DNA from: a virus
Taxonomy: Duplodnaviria; Caudoviricetes
Direction: 5' to 3' (one strand)
Length of the DNA stretch: 64,000 nt
Virus record (IMG/VR): IMGVR_UViG_3300021255_002539
Coordinates: 1-64,000 of that record
Shown here: one piece after another, positions 8,780-17,431 of the stretch
Layout: each line of letters begins with the position of its first letter
Position numbering within the stretch: position 1 is the stretch's first letter
Position numbers and translations under genes: made by a program
Notes under the pieces: generated by a model
Database searches by the model: none
What the model was told of the DNA's origin: nothing
The model's input: only the letters and a program-made list of their open reading frames with translations

Positions 8780-9101
8780 GTGGGTCCTGGAATCTGAGTT
8801 TGGACACGATGTCGATGAAGTCCCCATCTATGTTGGTGGAATGGTCTTCAGTTGGAACGAAGTGCATATACAGCACTGAAAGGTAGTCGAATCCAACATT
8901 CAAGTAGTAGTCAGCGTGGGTGAAGTTGTACGACTTCAACGACAAGTCCATCAGCCCAGTGAGCATTTCGTCTACCGAGGTGATTGCCGAAGAGTGATGC
9001 CATGTGGTCATATCCACCCCAGGGTACGCCACCTTGAGGTACACTGCGTCAAACTCTATATTGGAGTCCACTATTTCACGAAGTTTGACGAATTTACCCA
9101 T
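8751..9101 (-). CDS. Paralog family A member
   Basis: DEMLTGLMDLSLKS and TNIDGDFIDIVSK. Confidence 0.7.
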   Translation of the reverse strand: MGKFVKLREIVDSNIEFDAVYLKVAYPGVDMTTWHHSSAITSVDEMLTGLMDLSLKSYNFTHADYYLNVGFDYLSVLYMHFVPTEDHSTNIDGDFIDIVSKLRFQDPLDNQNDSVL

Positions 9102-9108
9102 GTGTTGA

Positions 9109-9507
9109 TCATCCCTTGAAGGGTAGTTTTGAGATTGCGTCCATCACATCTACGTCTATGTTCGTGACTGAACCATTGGTCTCCACAAGTGTGATGATCA
9201 GAATCTGATCCTCCAGTATGGAGTCGACATCCGCGATTGAGCATGTCAAGGATAAGCCCATCAACTTGCACAAAAGGTCGTCAGTGTTGCTGAAGCCGTC
9301 GGTGAACTTCAATGTAAAACCATTGGAGGACATCACACTGGTACACGCCATCACAAACCCCCTCTTGGTGCAGCTCAGGCAGGATTCGATGTCAGATAGA
9401 ATCGCACCCTTCTCCATTGGGGTATATAGTTTGGCCTTCACATCGTCCATCGCAAAGCCCACCATGATGCGCAGCCCCTTATTCACTTCCTCTTTATGTA
9501 TTCCCAC
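9109..9507 (-). CDS. Paralog family A member
   Basis: DDLLCKLMGLSL and TNIDVDVMDAISK. Confidence 0.7.
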   Translation of the reverse strand: MGIHKEEVNKGLRIMVGFAMDDVKAKLYTPMEKGAILSDIESCLSCTKRGFVMACTSVMSSNGFTLKFTDGFSNTDDLLCKLMGLSLTCSIADVDSILEDQILIITLVETNGSVTNIDVDVMDAISKLPFKG

Positions 9508-9965
9508 CTATACGCAATCCAGCACATGCCAGGCAATACGAAGAGGAGCAATGCCATTATAGTGCCTACACAGCAGCCAGCCACCCCACATTGGAACAAC
9601 ATGACTATGCCAAACCCAAACAAGCCAAAAAACAATGTCATCCCAAGTATCATCAAAAATGAATACACGGTCGCCAATACGAGGTATAAGAATTTGCCAC
9701 TATTGGATTTTTCAGAAAGCGCATCCTTGAAGTACGATATTCCAATGGCAAACCCAATGTCGCAGAAAATCCTGTTCCAGAATCCCCTTTTCGCCACATC
9801 CTCCTTGTGGAGTTTTTCGTCAAGTTCAAAGTCGTAGCTGGAATATGTCTCGTATCCGTGATCCACAAGCCAGGACTCGTGTCTGTCCATTTCGTCATTG
9901 TATTCACGCATTCTCTTGGCGGCAATCCAAGCCGAGATTGCTGGTGCAATGGATGGAACTATCAT
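9483..9965 (-). CDS. Membrane protein
   Basis: Long hydrophobic C-terminal segments. Confidence 0.6.
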   Translation of the reverse strand: MIVPSIAPAISAWIAAKRMREYNDEMDRHESWLVDHGYETYSSYDFELDEKLHKEDVAKRGFWNRIFCDIGFAIGISYFKDALSEKSNSGKFLYLVLATVYSFLMILGMTLFFGLFGFGIVMLFQCGVAGCCVGTIMALLLFVLPGMCWIAYRWEYIKRK

Positions 9966-9977
9966 ATGTCTACCCCC

Positions 9978-10853
9978 TTACTTGCCAAGCAAATACTTCT
10001 TGATGAAGCTCTTCTTGGTCTCCTCGTCGAACTGCGTCAGCTTGTCGAAGTACGCCATGAACAGTTCCTCCTTGGAGTCGAACCCGGTCTTCTCGAAGAA
10101 GTAGTCTAGACCCTCCTGGTTGAACAGCCTTTCCACGAACAGGGCAAGGCGAGCATTGAACTTCGCGGAGTTGCCAACCACCTTGTTGATCTCTGCGAAG
10201 ATCTGCTTGTGGCTCTTCTGAGTCTCGAACCATCGGCGTACGCGCATCTTGTCCTTCTCGGTGGCATTGTCGCACCACTTGAGAATCCAATCCTTGAACT
10301 CCTCTGCCTTGTCGTCGGCAAGAACTTCGTCAGTGTGGTCGTTGTCGAAGTCAGCATTCTCCATCTTGGAGTAGTCAAGGAGCTTGTTGCCAGGGATCTT
10401 CAGGTCCGCGATTGAGATGAGCATACCCGTGATCTTGGGGTACTTCTTCATCACAGAAGCCAGAACGCCCTTGTACTTGTTGTACCAGGAATCAGGAATC
10501 CCCTCGTCAACAAACTCTATGAAGCAAGCAATCTCAGTCCAGAGCCACACCGATGTGAACTCGTAGGCCTTGTAGAGGTTGGCGCGAGTGGGAGCCATTC
10601 CATTGAAGCAATCGAACTCCACATTCTCCTTCTTCAATGCGTCCCGAACATACCAAAGCATCCTCAACTTCGCCATGGCAATTGTACGCACATCGTAATT
10701 CAGGTTGGTGGTTTCCTCCCGAACATAGTCCCGATCGTTGTTCACAACCTCAGCGAACACAGACCTGTTGAAGTCCTTGCCATAGTAGCCGGTGAATATA
10801 TCACGAATCTTCGTCCCCTTGGGGAGCTGCCTGACCTTTAGTTCCTTGCACAT
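9978..10853 (-). CDS. Hypothetical protein
   Basis: AAAGGAG SD before MCKELKV; strong phage codon bias. Confidence 0.7.
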   Translation of the reverse strand: MCKELKVRQLPKGTKIRDIFTGYYGKDFNRSVFAEVVNNDRDYVREETTNLNYDVRTIAMAKLRMLWYVRDALKKENVEFDCFNGMAPTRANLYKAYEFTSVWLWTEIACFIEFVDEGIPDSWYNKYKGVLASVMKKYPKITGMLISIADLKIPGNKLLDYSKMENADFDNDHTDEVLADDKAEEFKDWILKWCDNATEKDKMRVRRWFETQKSHKQIFAEINKVVGNSAKFNARLALFVERLFNQEGLDYFFEKTGFDSKEELFMAYFDKLTQFDEETKKSFIKKYLLGK

Positions 10854-10882
10854 TGTAGTTTCTCCTTTCGTTGTGGTAAATC

Positions 10883-11527
10883 TCAAATCCAAGTAAACAG
10901 GAACACATAGTCCTTGTTCTCGGGGTTGGTCATCTCGTTCTTGACAGCCGTAAGGGCTTCAATGATGTATGACGCACCAGGACGCCAACCCTTGTTGTGC
11001 CAGGGGAATCCATAGTGGTATGCGCGGCCGCCATACACCTTCTCCACCTCCTTGTAGATGTCAACATTCTCCTTGCAGGAGGAGACATAGACCTTCTCCC
11101 ACGGATCATCCGGATCCTTTGGCTTGTCCTCCACATACTTCCATGTGCCAGGCTTAAGATACTGCTTGTAAATCTCCTCAGCTTCAGATTTCTTGTCGCA
11201 CGGCATGGACGCAACCTTCTTGTCCAGATTGACGAGAACTTCAATCGCCCTATTGACGCTCTCAGGGGTCACGACCATCGCCTGCTCGTCGTCGGAATAG
11301 GCGTTCTTGATGTAGTTGGCAAGCTCGGCGTCCTTGCCATCAATCTCCCCATCATTGGGCTTGACTAGCCTGTAGAGATAGTCTTCGCGGTCAAGGTCTC
11401 CAACGATGTCAATGTAGTCGGGGTTGTAGTCTTCAATCCAGAGACCATCCGAATCCCTTATAAACCGGGACTTGCCAGAGAGGAACACCTCCCGGCGAAC
11501 CTTGCAGAATCCATATGAATTACCCAT
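10883..11527 (-). CDS. Hypothetical protein
   Basis: AAAGGAG SD; first gene after promoter 11566-11595. Confidence 0.7.
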   Translation of the reverse strand: MGNSYGFCKVRREVFLSGKSRFIRDSDGLWIEDYNPDYIDIVGDLDREDYLYRLVKPNDGEIDGKDAELANYIKNAYSDDEQAMVVTPESVNRAIEVLVNLDKKVASMPCDKKSEAEEIYKQYLKPGTWKYVEDKPKDPDDPWEKVYVSSCKENVDIYKEVEKVYGGRAYHYGFPWHNKGWRPGASYIIEALTAVKNEMTNPENKDYVFLFTWI

Positions 11528-11565
11528 TGTCGTTTCTCCTTTGTTTGGTTTCCAACAACGCCTAT

Positions 11566-11595
11566 ATTATATCATATTTGGTGGTCAGATGTCAA
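11566..11595 (-). promoter_or_regulatory. sigma70-type early promoter
   Basis: TTGACA-18-TGATATAAT. Confidence 0.8.
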
Positions 11596-11621
11596 TAGAC
11601 CTTTGGCATTCAAGCACAGAA

Positions 11622-11637
11622 TGTTCCATGTGGAACA
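11622..11637. promoter_or_regulatory. parS-like 16-bp palindrome TGTTCCATGTGGAACA (copy 1)
   Basis: Close to parS consensus TGTTNCACGTGAAACA; identical copy at 11831. Confidence 0.5.
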
Positions 11638-12813
11638 TCATAACCCCAATGCATCTGACAACTTGCCAAGCCCCATCTGGTCAATGTAGTCCTTCACCGA
11701 GAGGATGGGGTGCTCCTTCTTCACACAACCATACTTGCAGTCGAAGTACGCGAACGCGAACCCGGAATAGGGCTTCCTTGATTCAGACGCAAACACCCAC
11801 TTGGCGAAGTCCTTCTTCGTCATGCCAGAATGTTCCATGTGGAACAACATGTCTATCTCGTCCTTGGTGATCTCAAGTGAGGACACATAGGCATCGTACT
11901 TGCCCTTCACGAAGTCGAACGCTGCCTTGAACTTGGGGAAGTACGCAATGTACTCGGAAACCTCGCCAGCAAGGAGAATCTCAAGGACGCGCCTCCCCGA
12001 CCAGTTCTGATTGTTAGCCATGTAGTGAAGCTGAACATATCGCGGAGACTTCACCTTGATTCGGTTGAAGTCCTTGTCGCAAACCACATAGCCCTCCTCG
12101 TCCTCAGGAAGTTCAGACGCGGCAGCAACGCACTGGTCTATGCTCGTTATTGGATACACCTTCGGCGTGTCGAACACCTTGGACAACTCGTGGTCGCCAT
12201 AGAAGGTCTCCTGGAAGGTCAAGTTGTCCCGGACGCCCAAGAACCAAACCTTCGTCTCCTGCCACTGAACAACAACCTGATTATAGGGAGAGGTGAGCTC
12301 GAACATGTAGGTAAATCCAGGCTTGAACAACCTCGGAAAGTCCTCCTTGCCCAGTCCATAGAACTTCATGCCCTCCATGAACAGCTCCCCAAACGAATTG
12401 AATGGGCAATTGGATCCAACACTCTCAGGAAGATGGCACTTGCGGGCGTCAATCACTCCATTCGTGGATATCAGGAAATTGCCATCCAGGTTCACCACCT
12501 TCATAATCGAGCCATCGACCTTCTGCTCAACATATGCCGAAGACCAATCTATGTCCGCAGCATGGGGTTCGCCATAGTTGAAGAACTTGGTGAAGGGAAA
12601 GCACACGACCTCAAAGGTCTCGGCGTCCAATATCAGACCCCGACACTCCTTCACGATGTCAAGCGAGAAGTCAGCGTTGGTCTGGTCGTACTTGAACAGA
12701 ACCAACTTGCGCCCGAACACCTCGTCGTGCGATATGGACAAGTTGAATGGCTCGGACGAAAGCAGACACTCCCAATCCGAGTTTTCCCGAATGAACTCCT
12801 GAACCTTCAACAT
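11638..12813 (-). CDS. T4 Rnl1-like RNA ligase
   Basis: ECRGLIL, FPFTKFFNYGE, motif I KVDGS, FELTSPYN, EGYVV, RIKVKS..Y..LH. Confidence 0.9.
   Translation of the reverse strand: MLKVQEFIRENSDWECLLSSEPFNLSISHDEVFGRKLVLFKYDQTNADFSLDIVKECRGLILDAETFEVVCFPFTKFFNYGEPHAADIDWSSAYVEQKVDGSIMKVVNLDGNFLISTNGVIDARKCHLPESVGSNCPFNSFGELFMEGMKFYGLGKEDFPRLFKPGFTYMFELTSPYNQVVVQWQETKVWFLGVRDNLTFQETFYGDHELSKVFDTPKVYPITSIDQCVAAASELPEDEEGYVVCDKDFNRIKVKSPRYVQLHYMANNQNWSGRRVLEILLAGEVSEYIAYFPKFKAAFDFVKGKYDAYVSSLEITKDEIDMLFHMEHSGMTKKDFAKWVFASESRKPYSGFAFAYFDCKYGCVKKEHPILSVKDYIDQMGLGKLSDALGL
11831..11846. promoter_or_regulatory. parS-like 16-bp palindrome (copy 2, inside RNA ligase CDS)
   Basis: Identical to 11622-11637; shared 21-bp CAGAATGTTCCATGTGGAACA. 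Confidence 0.5.
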
Positions 12814-12833
12814 TTCGATTCCCCTTGTGTACC

Positions 12834-13010
12834 TCAATACTTGCTGGGACGGCAAATCCAAGAGACGATGGCAATAGCAACAAGAACCATCACCCCAATG
12901 ATGATGTAGTCTGCCGTAGTTGCGTGGTGGACGACTTCCGTGGTGGAAGTGCCATCGGCATTCTCATTTGTCCAAAAAGCGAGCAGATACGGCCAAACGA
13001 CTTGATTCAT
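12834..13010 (-). CDS. Small membrane protein
   Basis: AAAGGAG SD; hydrophobic C-terminus. Confidence 0.6.
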   Translation of the reverse strand: MNQVVWPYLLAFWTNENADGTSTTEVVHHATTADYIIIGVMVLVAIAIVSWICRPSKY

Positions 13011-13046
13011 GGTTTTACTCCTTTCATTTCTTTTCTTGATGCCTAT

Positions 13047-13076
13047 ATTATAGCATATTCGGAGTAGAAATGTCAA
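13047..13076 (-). promoter_or_regulatory. sigma70-type early promoter
   Basis: TTGACA-18-TGCTATAAT. Confidence 0.85.
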
Positions 13077-13174
13077 TACCCCTTGGGTATTCTTGTCGAC
13101 TATGTTGACACTCAATACCCCTTTCTTGGAGAATTGTGACCAAATTCCGTTGATTGTTCGCCATATTTGACGAA

Positions 13175-13432
13175 TCATTTCACCTTGCCGCACCTACCAA
13201 TCGTATCCACAATCTCGCGCATGTCAGCCCATATACCCTGGAACATCTTGAGCAATTTGGTTTTGGTGGCTCTGCTCAGATTAGAATATCCAACGGCATC
13301 CTGTGCGTCGAAAATGGCATCCTCGCACTTGTCGAAATTAGTTGCCACGACATAGTGCAGGTCGTTCAACTCCTTGTAGTATTTCGCCTTGTCAATCTTG
13401 GTACCGTTAGTCTGTTTCCTAGTTTTCGCCAT
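13175..13432 (-). CDS. Hypothetical protein
   Basis: AAGGAG SD. Confidence 0.65.
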   Translation of the reverse strand: MAKTRKQTNGTKIDKAKYYKELNDLHYVVATNFDKCEDAIFDAQDAVGYSNLSRATKTKLLKMFQGIWADMREIVDTIGRCGKVK

Positions 13433-13484
13433 AGTAGTTTGTCTCCTTCCTTTGATGTGACATATTATACAACAAATCTTTGTA

Positions 13485-14940
13485 TAATTAAATTAAATTG
13501 AATAAACTTCGTAAGGAAATAGAGGCAAACAAGGAGTGAGAATGTGCTAAAATGAAGACGATAAAATGCAAAATAACTAATGACATAGATGTTTCTGAAT
13601 ATCTTAGGAAATATAATAGTGTTTTGCATATTGCATACAATCGTCTAAAAGATTCATATACACAATCAGATATAAAGAAATACATCAATCCAAGATTTGA
13701 AGGATTGAATTCGTTTATCATCCAAAACGCAATTGTATAGGCGTAGTCCCTATTTGATTCCAACAAAGCGAGAAAAATGGAATTTGAGAGGAACAATCCA
13801 AGCAAGAAATACAAAGAAATTGTTTTTGGTGGAAGACACAACTTGAAAAACTACATGAAGGGCCTCATTTCAAAAGAAGAATATCGAAGAAACAAATTGA
13901 TACCGATGATGATTTCTGGCGAGACAAGACATAAAGGAAATAGACTTTTTGATTTGTAGGTTCAGAACAACAAAATTATATTTAAGCCAAAGAAAGGCAT
14001 AAAAATTCTAATCGAGTTCATGTGCTCAAATAAGCAAAACGATGAACTAATGAGAATATAGGAATTATGCCTATAGAAAAAGTATTCAGTTGCGATTGGA
14101 TTGAACAATGAATATGTGATGTTTTGCTTCGATGAAGTTAAATTGAATGGAAACAAATTCGCATATTCTGAATTAAAAGACAATAGAGTATTGGGAATTG
14201 ATCAAAATCCAAATTATTTGGGTGTATCCATATTGGAATTTAATAAGAAGGATAAATTCAATGTAATTCACAAAGAGGTATTTGACTTATCCAATTTAAC
14301 CAAGAAATCAAACTTGGCTGCCTCCCACAGGAAATCGAAATACTTGACTAATAAGAGAAAATTTGAAGTCATAAACTTGGCATATGAAATAGACAAATTA
14401 GTGAATGTGTGGAAAGTTGGAAAGGTTGTTGTAGAGGATTTGAATTTCAAATCAACATCAAATATGAAATCTCATTCTTTGAATAGATTGTGTAGGAATG
14501 TTTGGAATAGATGTTTGTTTGAAAACAAATTGAAGATGGTGTCAAAACTTCATGGATATGAGGTTGTTGAGATAAATCCTTGTTATACTTCGTAGATTGG
14601 TAATATTGTATATGGAAATGATACCACACCAGATATGGTGGCGTCTTCAATTGAAATTGGAAGACGAGGATATAGAAAATTTCAAAAGAATTGGTTCTAT
14701 CCGAAATTCGATGGGAGTTTGAATCAAATAAACGAGCAATGGAAGCAAACGATATTTGATAATTCCATTAAAGATTGGGGGGAATTATTCAACCTAATAA
14801 AAAATTCTAAACTTAAATATAGAGTTTCTTTGGATTGTTGTAGAAACAATTTCAAAGTTTTTAGTCTAAATCATTCAAAGTCTCGTATAATTAGAATGTA
14901 GTTTAATGATTTTTAATGATTTAGATATTTAATTAAAGTA
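13485..14940 (+). mobile_element. Non-autonomous IS200/IS605- or IS607-like tnpB element (ends approximate)
   Basis: Sharply AT-rich block, opposite orientation to flanking genes, single RuvC gene, no tnpA. Confidence 0.7.
13552..14916 (+). CDS. tnpB: TnpB-like RuvC nuclease, 454 aa when TAG=Gln (7 in-frame TAG)
   Basis: Four track fragments lie in one frame broken only by TAG; RuvC-I VLGIDQN, RuvC-II VVVEDL, INPCYTS*(Q), RuvC-III PDMVASSIEIGRRG; ends at TAA 14914-16. Confidence 0.85.
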
Positions 14941-14970
14941 GGTCAACCACCCAAATAGGAGGACATAGAC

Positions 14971-15189
14971 ATGGACACGACTTCTGAGATTATGATGAGG
15001 CTTCTTGAAGACCTCTATTCCGACGACGAACACACCACATTGACAGCACCATATTCGAAATACTACGACTCGTTGGACGCAGAACAGTCCAAGATCGTCG
15101 TGTCGGGGGCAATCAAGCGGCTGTTGAACGAGAACAAGAACGCAAAGTGTCAGTTTGGGGAAGAAGATTTCACCTTGTCGGTAGAATGA
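14971..15189 (+). CDS. Small acidic hypothetical protein
   Basis: AGGAGG SD. Confidence 0.6.
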   Translation: MDTTSEIMMRLLEDLYSDDEHTTLTAPYSKYYDSLDAEQSKIVVSGAIKRLLNENKNAKCQFGEEDFTLSVE

Positions 15190-15198
15190 GCTAATTGG

Positions 15199-15540
15199 TC
15201 AGAAATCAATTGATAATACTGGGATTTCCACCTTCCAATCATGTGGGTTGTTCTCCACCCTATCGGGGAAGTACTTCTCGTCTGTTGTTGGAAACAATAC
15301 ATGATCACGATACCACTTGACCTTCTCAGGATGCTCCCACAGGTCTTGAATCCAATGGACGAGCTTTGAATCTGAGTTCCTGATTGGATCGGACATTTGT
15401 TGCTCCAGTTCTTGCTTTGCATCTTCAGGCAATTCATTGTCCCCATACCTCTATTTCAGATACCTGTTGTAGGCATCTGGGGTCAGGAGAACCTGCATGG
15501 CTTCGTCTTCTGTATATTGCTTGTCCTATTGTTGATCCAT
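15199..15540 (-). CDS. Hypothetical late protein, 113 aa with 2 TAG=Gln
   Basis: ATG 15540 is in frame with track ORF 15199-15432 through two TAGs; TGTAAATA motif at 15547-54. Confidence 0.65.
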
Positions 15541-15555
15541 GACAAGTATTTACAA

Positions 15556-15670
15556 TGGAGCGGGAGGTTTTCGGGCTTCTACCGCACACCCCGATTTGCG
15601 ACTTCCACCTTTCAGTGAAATGAACCAAGCTTACCGCTCCCGCATCGGTATGTGCTTTCTCGTTGCAACG
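15556..15670 (-). ncRNA. Candidate structured RNA of unknown class
   Basis: Intergenic and GC-rich; GCACATACCGAT/ATCGGGGTGTGC stem, GAAA-tetraloop hairpin, alternative GCGGGAG/CTCCCGC stem ending in TCCA. Confidence 0.45.
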
Positions 15671-15679
15671 ATAAATCAA

Positions 15680-16006
15680 TCAAATGTACTTGTTGTAAAT
15701 TGCATCAACAAGTTCCTTGATGGTGATTTTATCTGAGGCGTAGATTGGCTCTCCATACTCATCTTCATCTTTTTCATATGAATATGACAAAACAATGTCA
15801 GCAACATCACCATCTTCAGGCGTTGGAATGTTCATGGAGTTCAAGTGTTCCCATGCCATTCTATAATATGTCCCATCGTCAAGCAGTTTTATTGAGTCAA
15901 AATCGCTTTTGATGTCGCCCCTTATCAGCTCAACAAGCCTGTCAAACTCGTCCTCAGTAAGATTCACGCCGTTTTCATAACTCTCACAAATTTTCTTCCA
16001 CATCAT
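15680..16006 (-). CDS. Acidic hypothetical protein, possible internal head protein
   Basis: AGTAAATA motif at 16052-59; N-terminal ICES. Confidence 0.6.
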   Translation of the reverse strand: MMWKKICESYENGVNLTEDEFDRLVELIRGDIKSDFDSIKLLDDGTYYRMAWEHLNSMNIPTPEDGDVADIVLSYSYEKDEDEYGEPIYASDKITIKELVDAIYNKYI

Positions 16007-16070
16007 CTTCTATACCTCATTGTAGAAGTCATTGCTGTGACTCCATAAAAGTATTTACTATAATTATACA

Positions 16071-16106
16071 AAAAATCCCGTCATAGGCCGACACCTATGA
16101 CGGGAA
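16071..16106 (-). terminator. Rho-independent terminator after tRNA
   Basis: 12-bp perfect stem TCCCGTCATAGG/CCTATGACGGGA followed by T-run on minus strand. Confidence 0.85.
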
Positions 16107-16107
16107 A

Positions 16108-16184
16108 TGGTACGCCCAGGGGGACTCAAACCCCCAACCTCATGGGTAGAAACCACGCTCTCTGTTCAATTGAGATATGGGCGC
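16108..16184 (-). tRNA. tRNA-Arg (anticodon TCT), 77 nt with encoded CCA
   Basis: Cloverleaf: GCGCCCA/TGGGCGT, TCTC/GAGA, CGTGG-TTTCTAC-CCATG, GGGGG-TTTGAGT-CCCCC, ACCA. Confidence 0.9.
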
Positions 16185-16360
16185 ATTGTCAAATCGTATC
16201 TCACGCTCTAGACCCATGGTTCGGCGTCCCCATGGGAAGACTCGCGGCTTCGGTTGCTTTTCTCCATCCCATCTCGACTACTTCTTCCTCAACAACATCG
16301 CAACCAGTCTTTCGTCCCAGCACTTCATCCTTCATCGACCAACAACAATTATACGAAAAC

Positions 16361-16672
16361 TCACGAACACAATGCACATCTTCCAAACGTCAATCCCTCC
16401 ACCAACACATCGGCAATCTCGTTGTATTCGTCGACTGTTATGCCATACTTGTCCAATACCTTTTGGGTTGCCGACTTTGCCACAAACACCCTGTTCCCAC
16501 AACCATACTTGGGCTTGTTGGCGAAATCAATGTCGTCCCCCTCGCCAAAGTCGTATTGGTCTGCCTTCTGACCCTTGATGGTGAACACTGGGCAATAGCA
16601 ATTCCACTTCGACACCTTGATGTCGTAGAGTCCATCCTTGCTTCTTTCCAGTCTATATTCTCCAATGTCCAT
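16361..16672 (-). CDS. Hypothetical protein
   Basis: First ORF after promoter 16707; C-terminal FGRCALCS. Confidence 0.65.
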   Translation of the reverse strand: MDIGEYRLERSKDGLYDIKVSKWNCYCPVFTIKGQKADQYDFGEGDDIDFANKPKYGCGNRVFVAKSATQKVLDKYGITVDEYNEIADVLVEGLTFGRCALCS

Positions 16673-16706
16673 ATAGTAGCCTTTGCTTGCTTCTCAATTC
16701 GCCTAT

Positions 16707-16736
16707 ATTATAGCATATTCAGGCATCGAATGTCAA
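16707..16736 (-). promoter_or_regulatory. sigma70-type early promoter
   Basis: TTGACA-18-TGCTATAAT. Confidence 0.85.
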
Positions 16737-16761
16737 TAGACCTTATCATCTTTGTTGATAC

Positions 16762-17121
16762 TCAATGCCCCCTGTGCATATACAACCACTCGCCACCCTT
16801 GAACAAATAGCCATCAAAGTCCTTCTCGTCGCACATCTGTGGTTGAACATCCTCCCAATCCTCACCCCTGTCCCGATGATATGCAACAGTTATTCCGGAA
16901 GCAGGATGTTCCCAAGAATGTTCAACCCCCTCTGGAATGTCAACCTCCCTGTCAACACTTGAACAATCTCCAAGGGCGATCAACTTCTCGACCTTTTCTG
17001 GATCATAATAGTTCTCCTTGAGCATTTCCCACATGTATTCAGGATATGCGTCGAAATGCACATAGATGCACTCTACCTTGCCATTTCCTCTGCTTATGCC
17101 AATATGTCCTGATGTAGCCAT
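16762..17121 (-). CDS. Conserved phage hypothetical protein (MAT..I...Y.H.D.YP type)
   Basis: MATSGHIGI...IYVHFDAYPE...LKENY.DPEKVEKLIALGDCS...AYHRDRGE; GAGGAG SD. Confidence 0.75.
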   Translation of the reverse strand: MATSGHIGISRGNGKVECIYVHFDAYPEYMWEMLKENYYDPEKVEKLIALGDCSSVDREVDIPEGVEHSWEHPASGITVAYHRDRGEDWEDVQPQMCDEKDFDGYLFKGGEWLYMHRGH

Positions 17122-17135
17122 TGTTGTTCTCCTCT

Positions 17136-17378
17136 TTAGTCTGTGCAATCTCCTGGTTCAAAACTTCTTGGGTCGTGGGCTTCACCACCACAAAAAACCA
17201 TTGCCTCCCCATTCAGCAACTCGCCCATCTGAATTGCGATTCCAAATGGCGAGACCTTCCCATCTGGATGGGACAAGAATACGGGTATGTTCCCATGCAG
17301 TTTGAGGAGCTTTTTGCAGCCCCTTACGAAGTCCTTTAGTCCAGTGTAACGTGGCATTACTCCAGTATAACGTGGCAT
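17136..17378 (-). CDS. Small hypothetical protein with duplicated N-terminus
   Basis: MPRYTGV-MPRYTGL from a 21-bp tandem duplication; TTTACT-18-TATAAT promoter at 17402-31. Confidence 0.6.
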   Translation of the reverse strand: MPRYTGVMPRYTGLKDFVRGCKKLLKLHGNIPVFLSHPDGKVSPFGIAIQMGELLNGEAMVFCGGEAHDPRSFEPGDCTD

Positions 17379-17431
17379 TTGTTGTAGTTCCTTTCAACTA
17401 TATTATACCACTTTGGATACATTGAAGTAAA

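Noticed and set aside
13552-14916. TnpB and the glycosyltransferases as decayed pseudogenes
   Set aside because: All interruptions are TAG in a single frame, with no frameshifts or TAA/TGA, and catalytic motifs are intact
13485-14937. Terminal inverted repeats (TAATTAAAT) on the tnpB element
   Set aside because: A 9-bp match in very AT-rich DNA is expected by chance, and tnpB-family elements normally lack TIRs
15556-15643. Canonical tRNA, tRNA-Sec or c-di-GMP-I riboswitch call
   Set aside because: No T-arm or proper 7-nt anticodon loop, and only a partial riboswitch resemblance; kept as an unclassified RNA
16060-16107. Theta/HDV-like ribozyme after the tRNA (known in recoded phages)
   Set aside because: The sequence is a simple 12-bp hairpin plus T-run, i.e. 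a terminator; no nested pseudoknot is visible
16141-16157. tRNA as an amber suppressor (CTA is visible in the loop TTTCTAC)
   Set aside because: With the 5-bp stem and 7-nt loop the anticodon is TCT; CTA is offset by one base and the body is Arg-like
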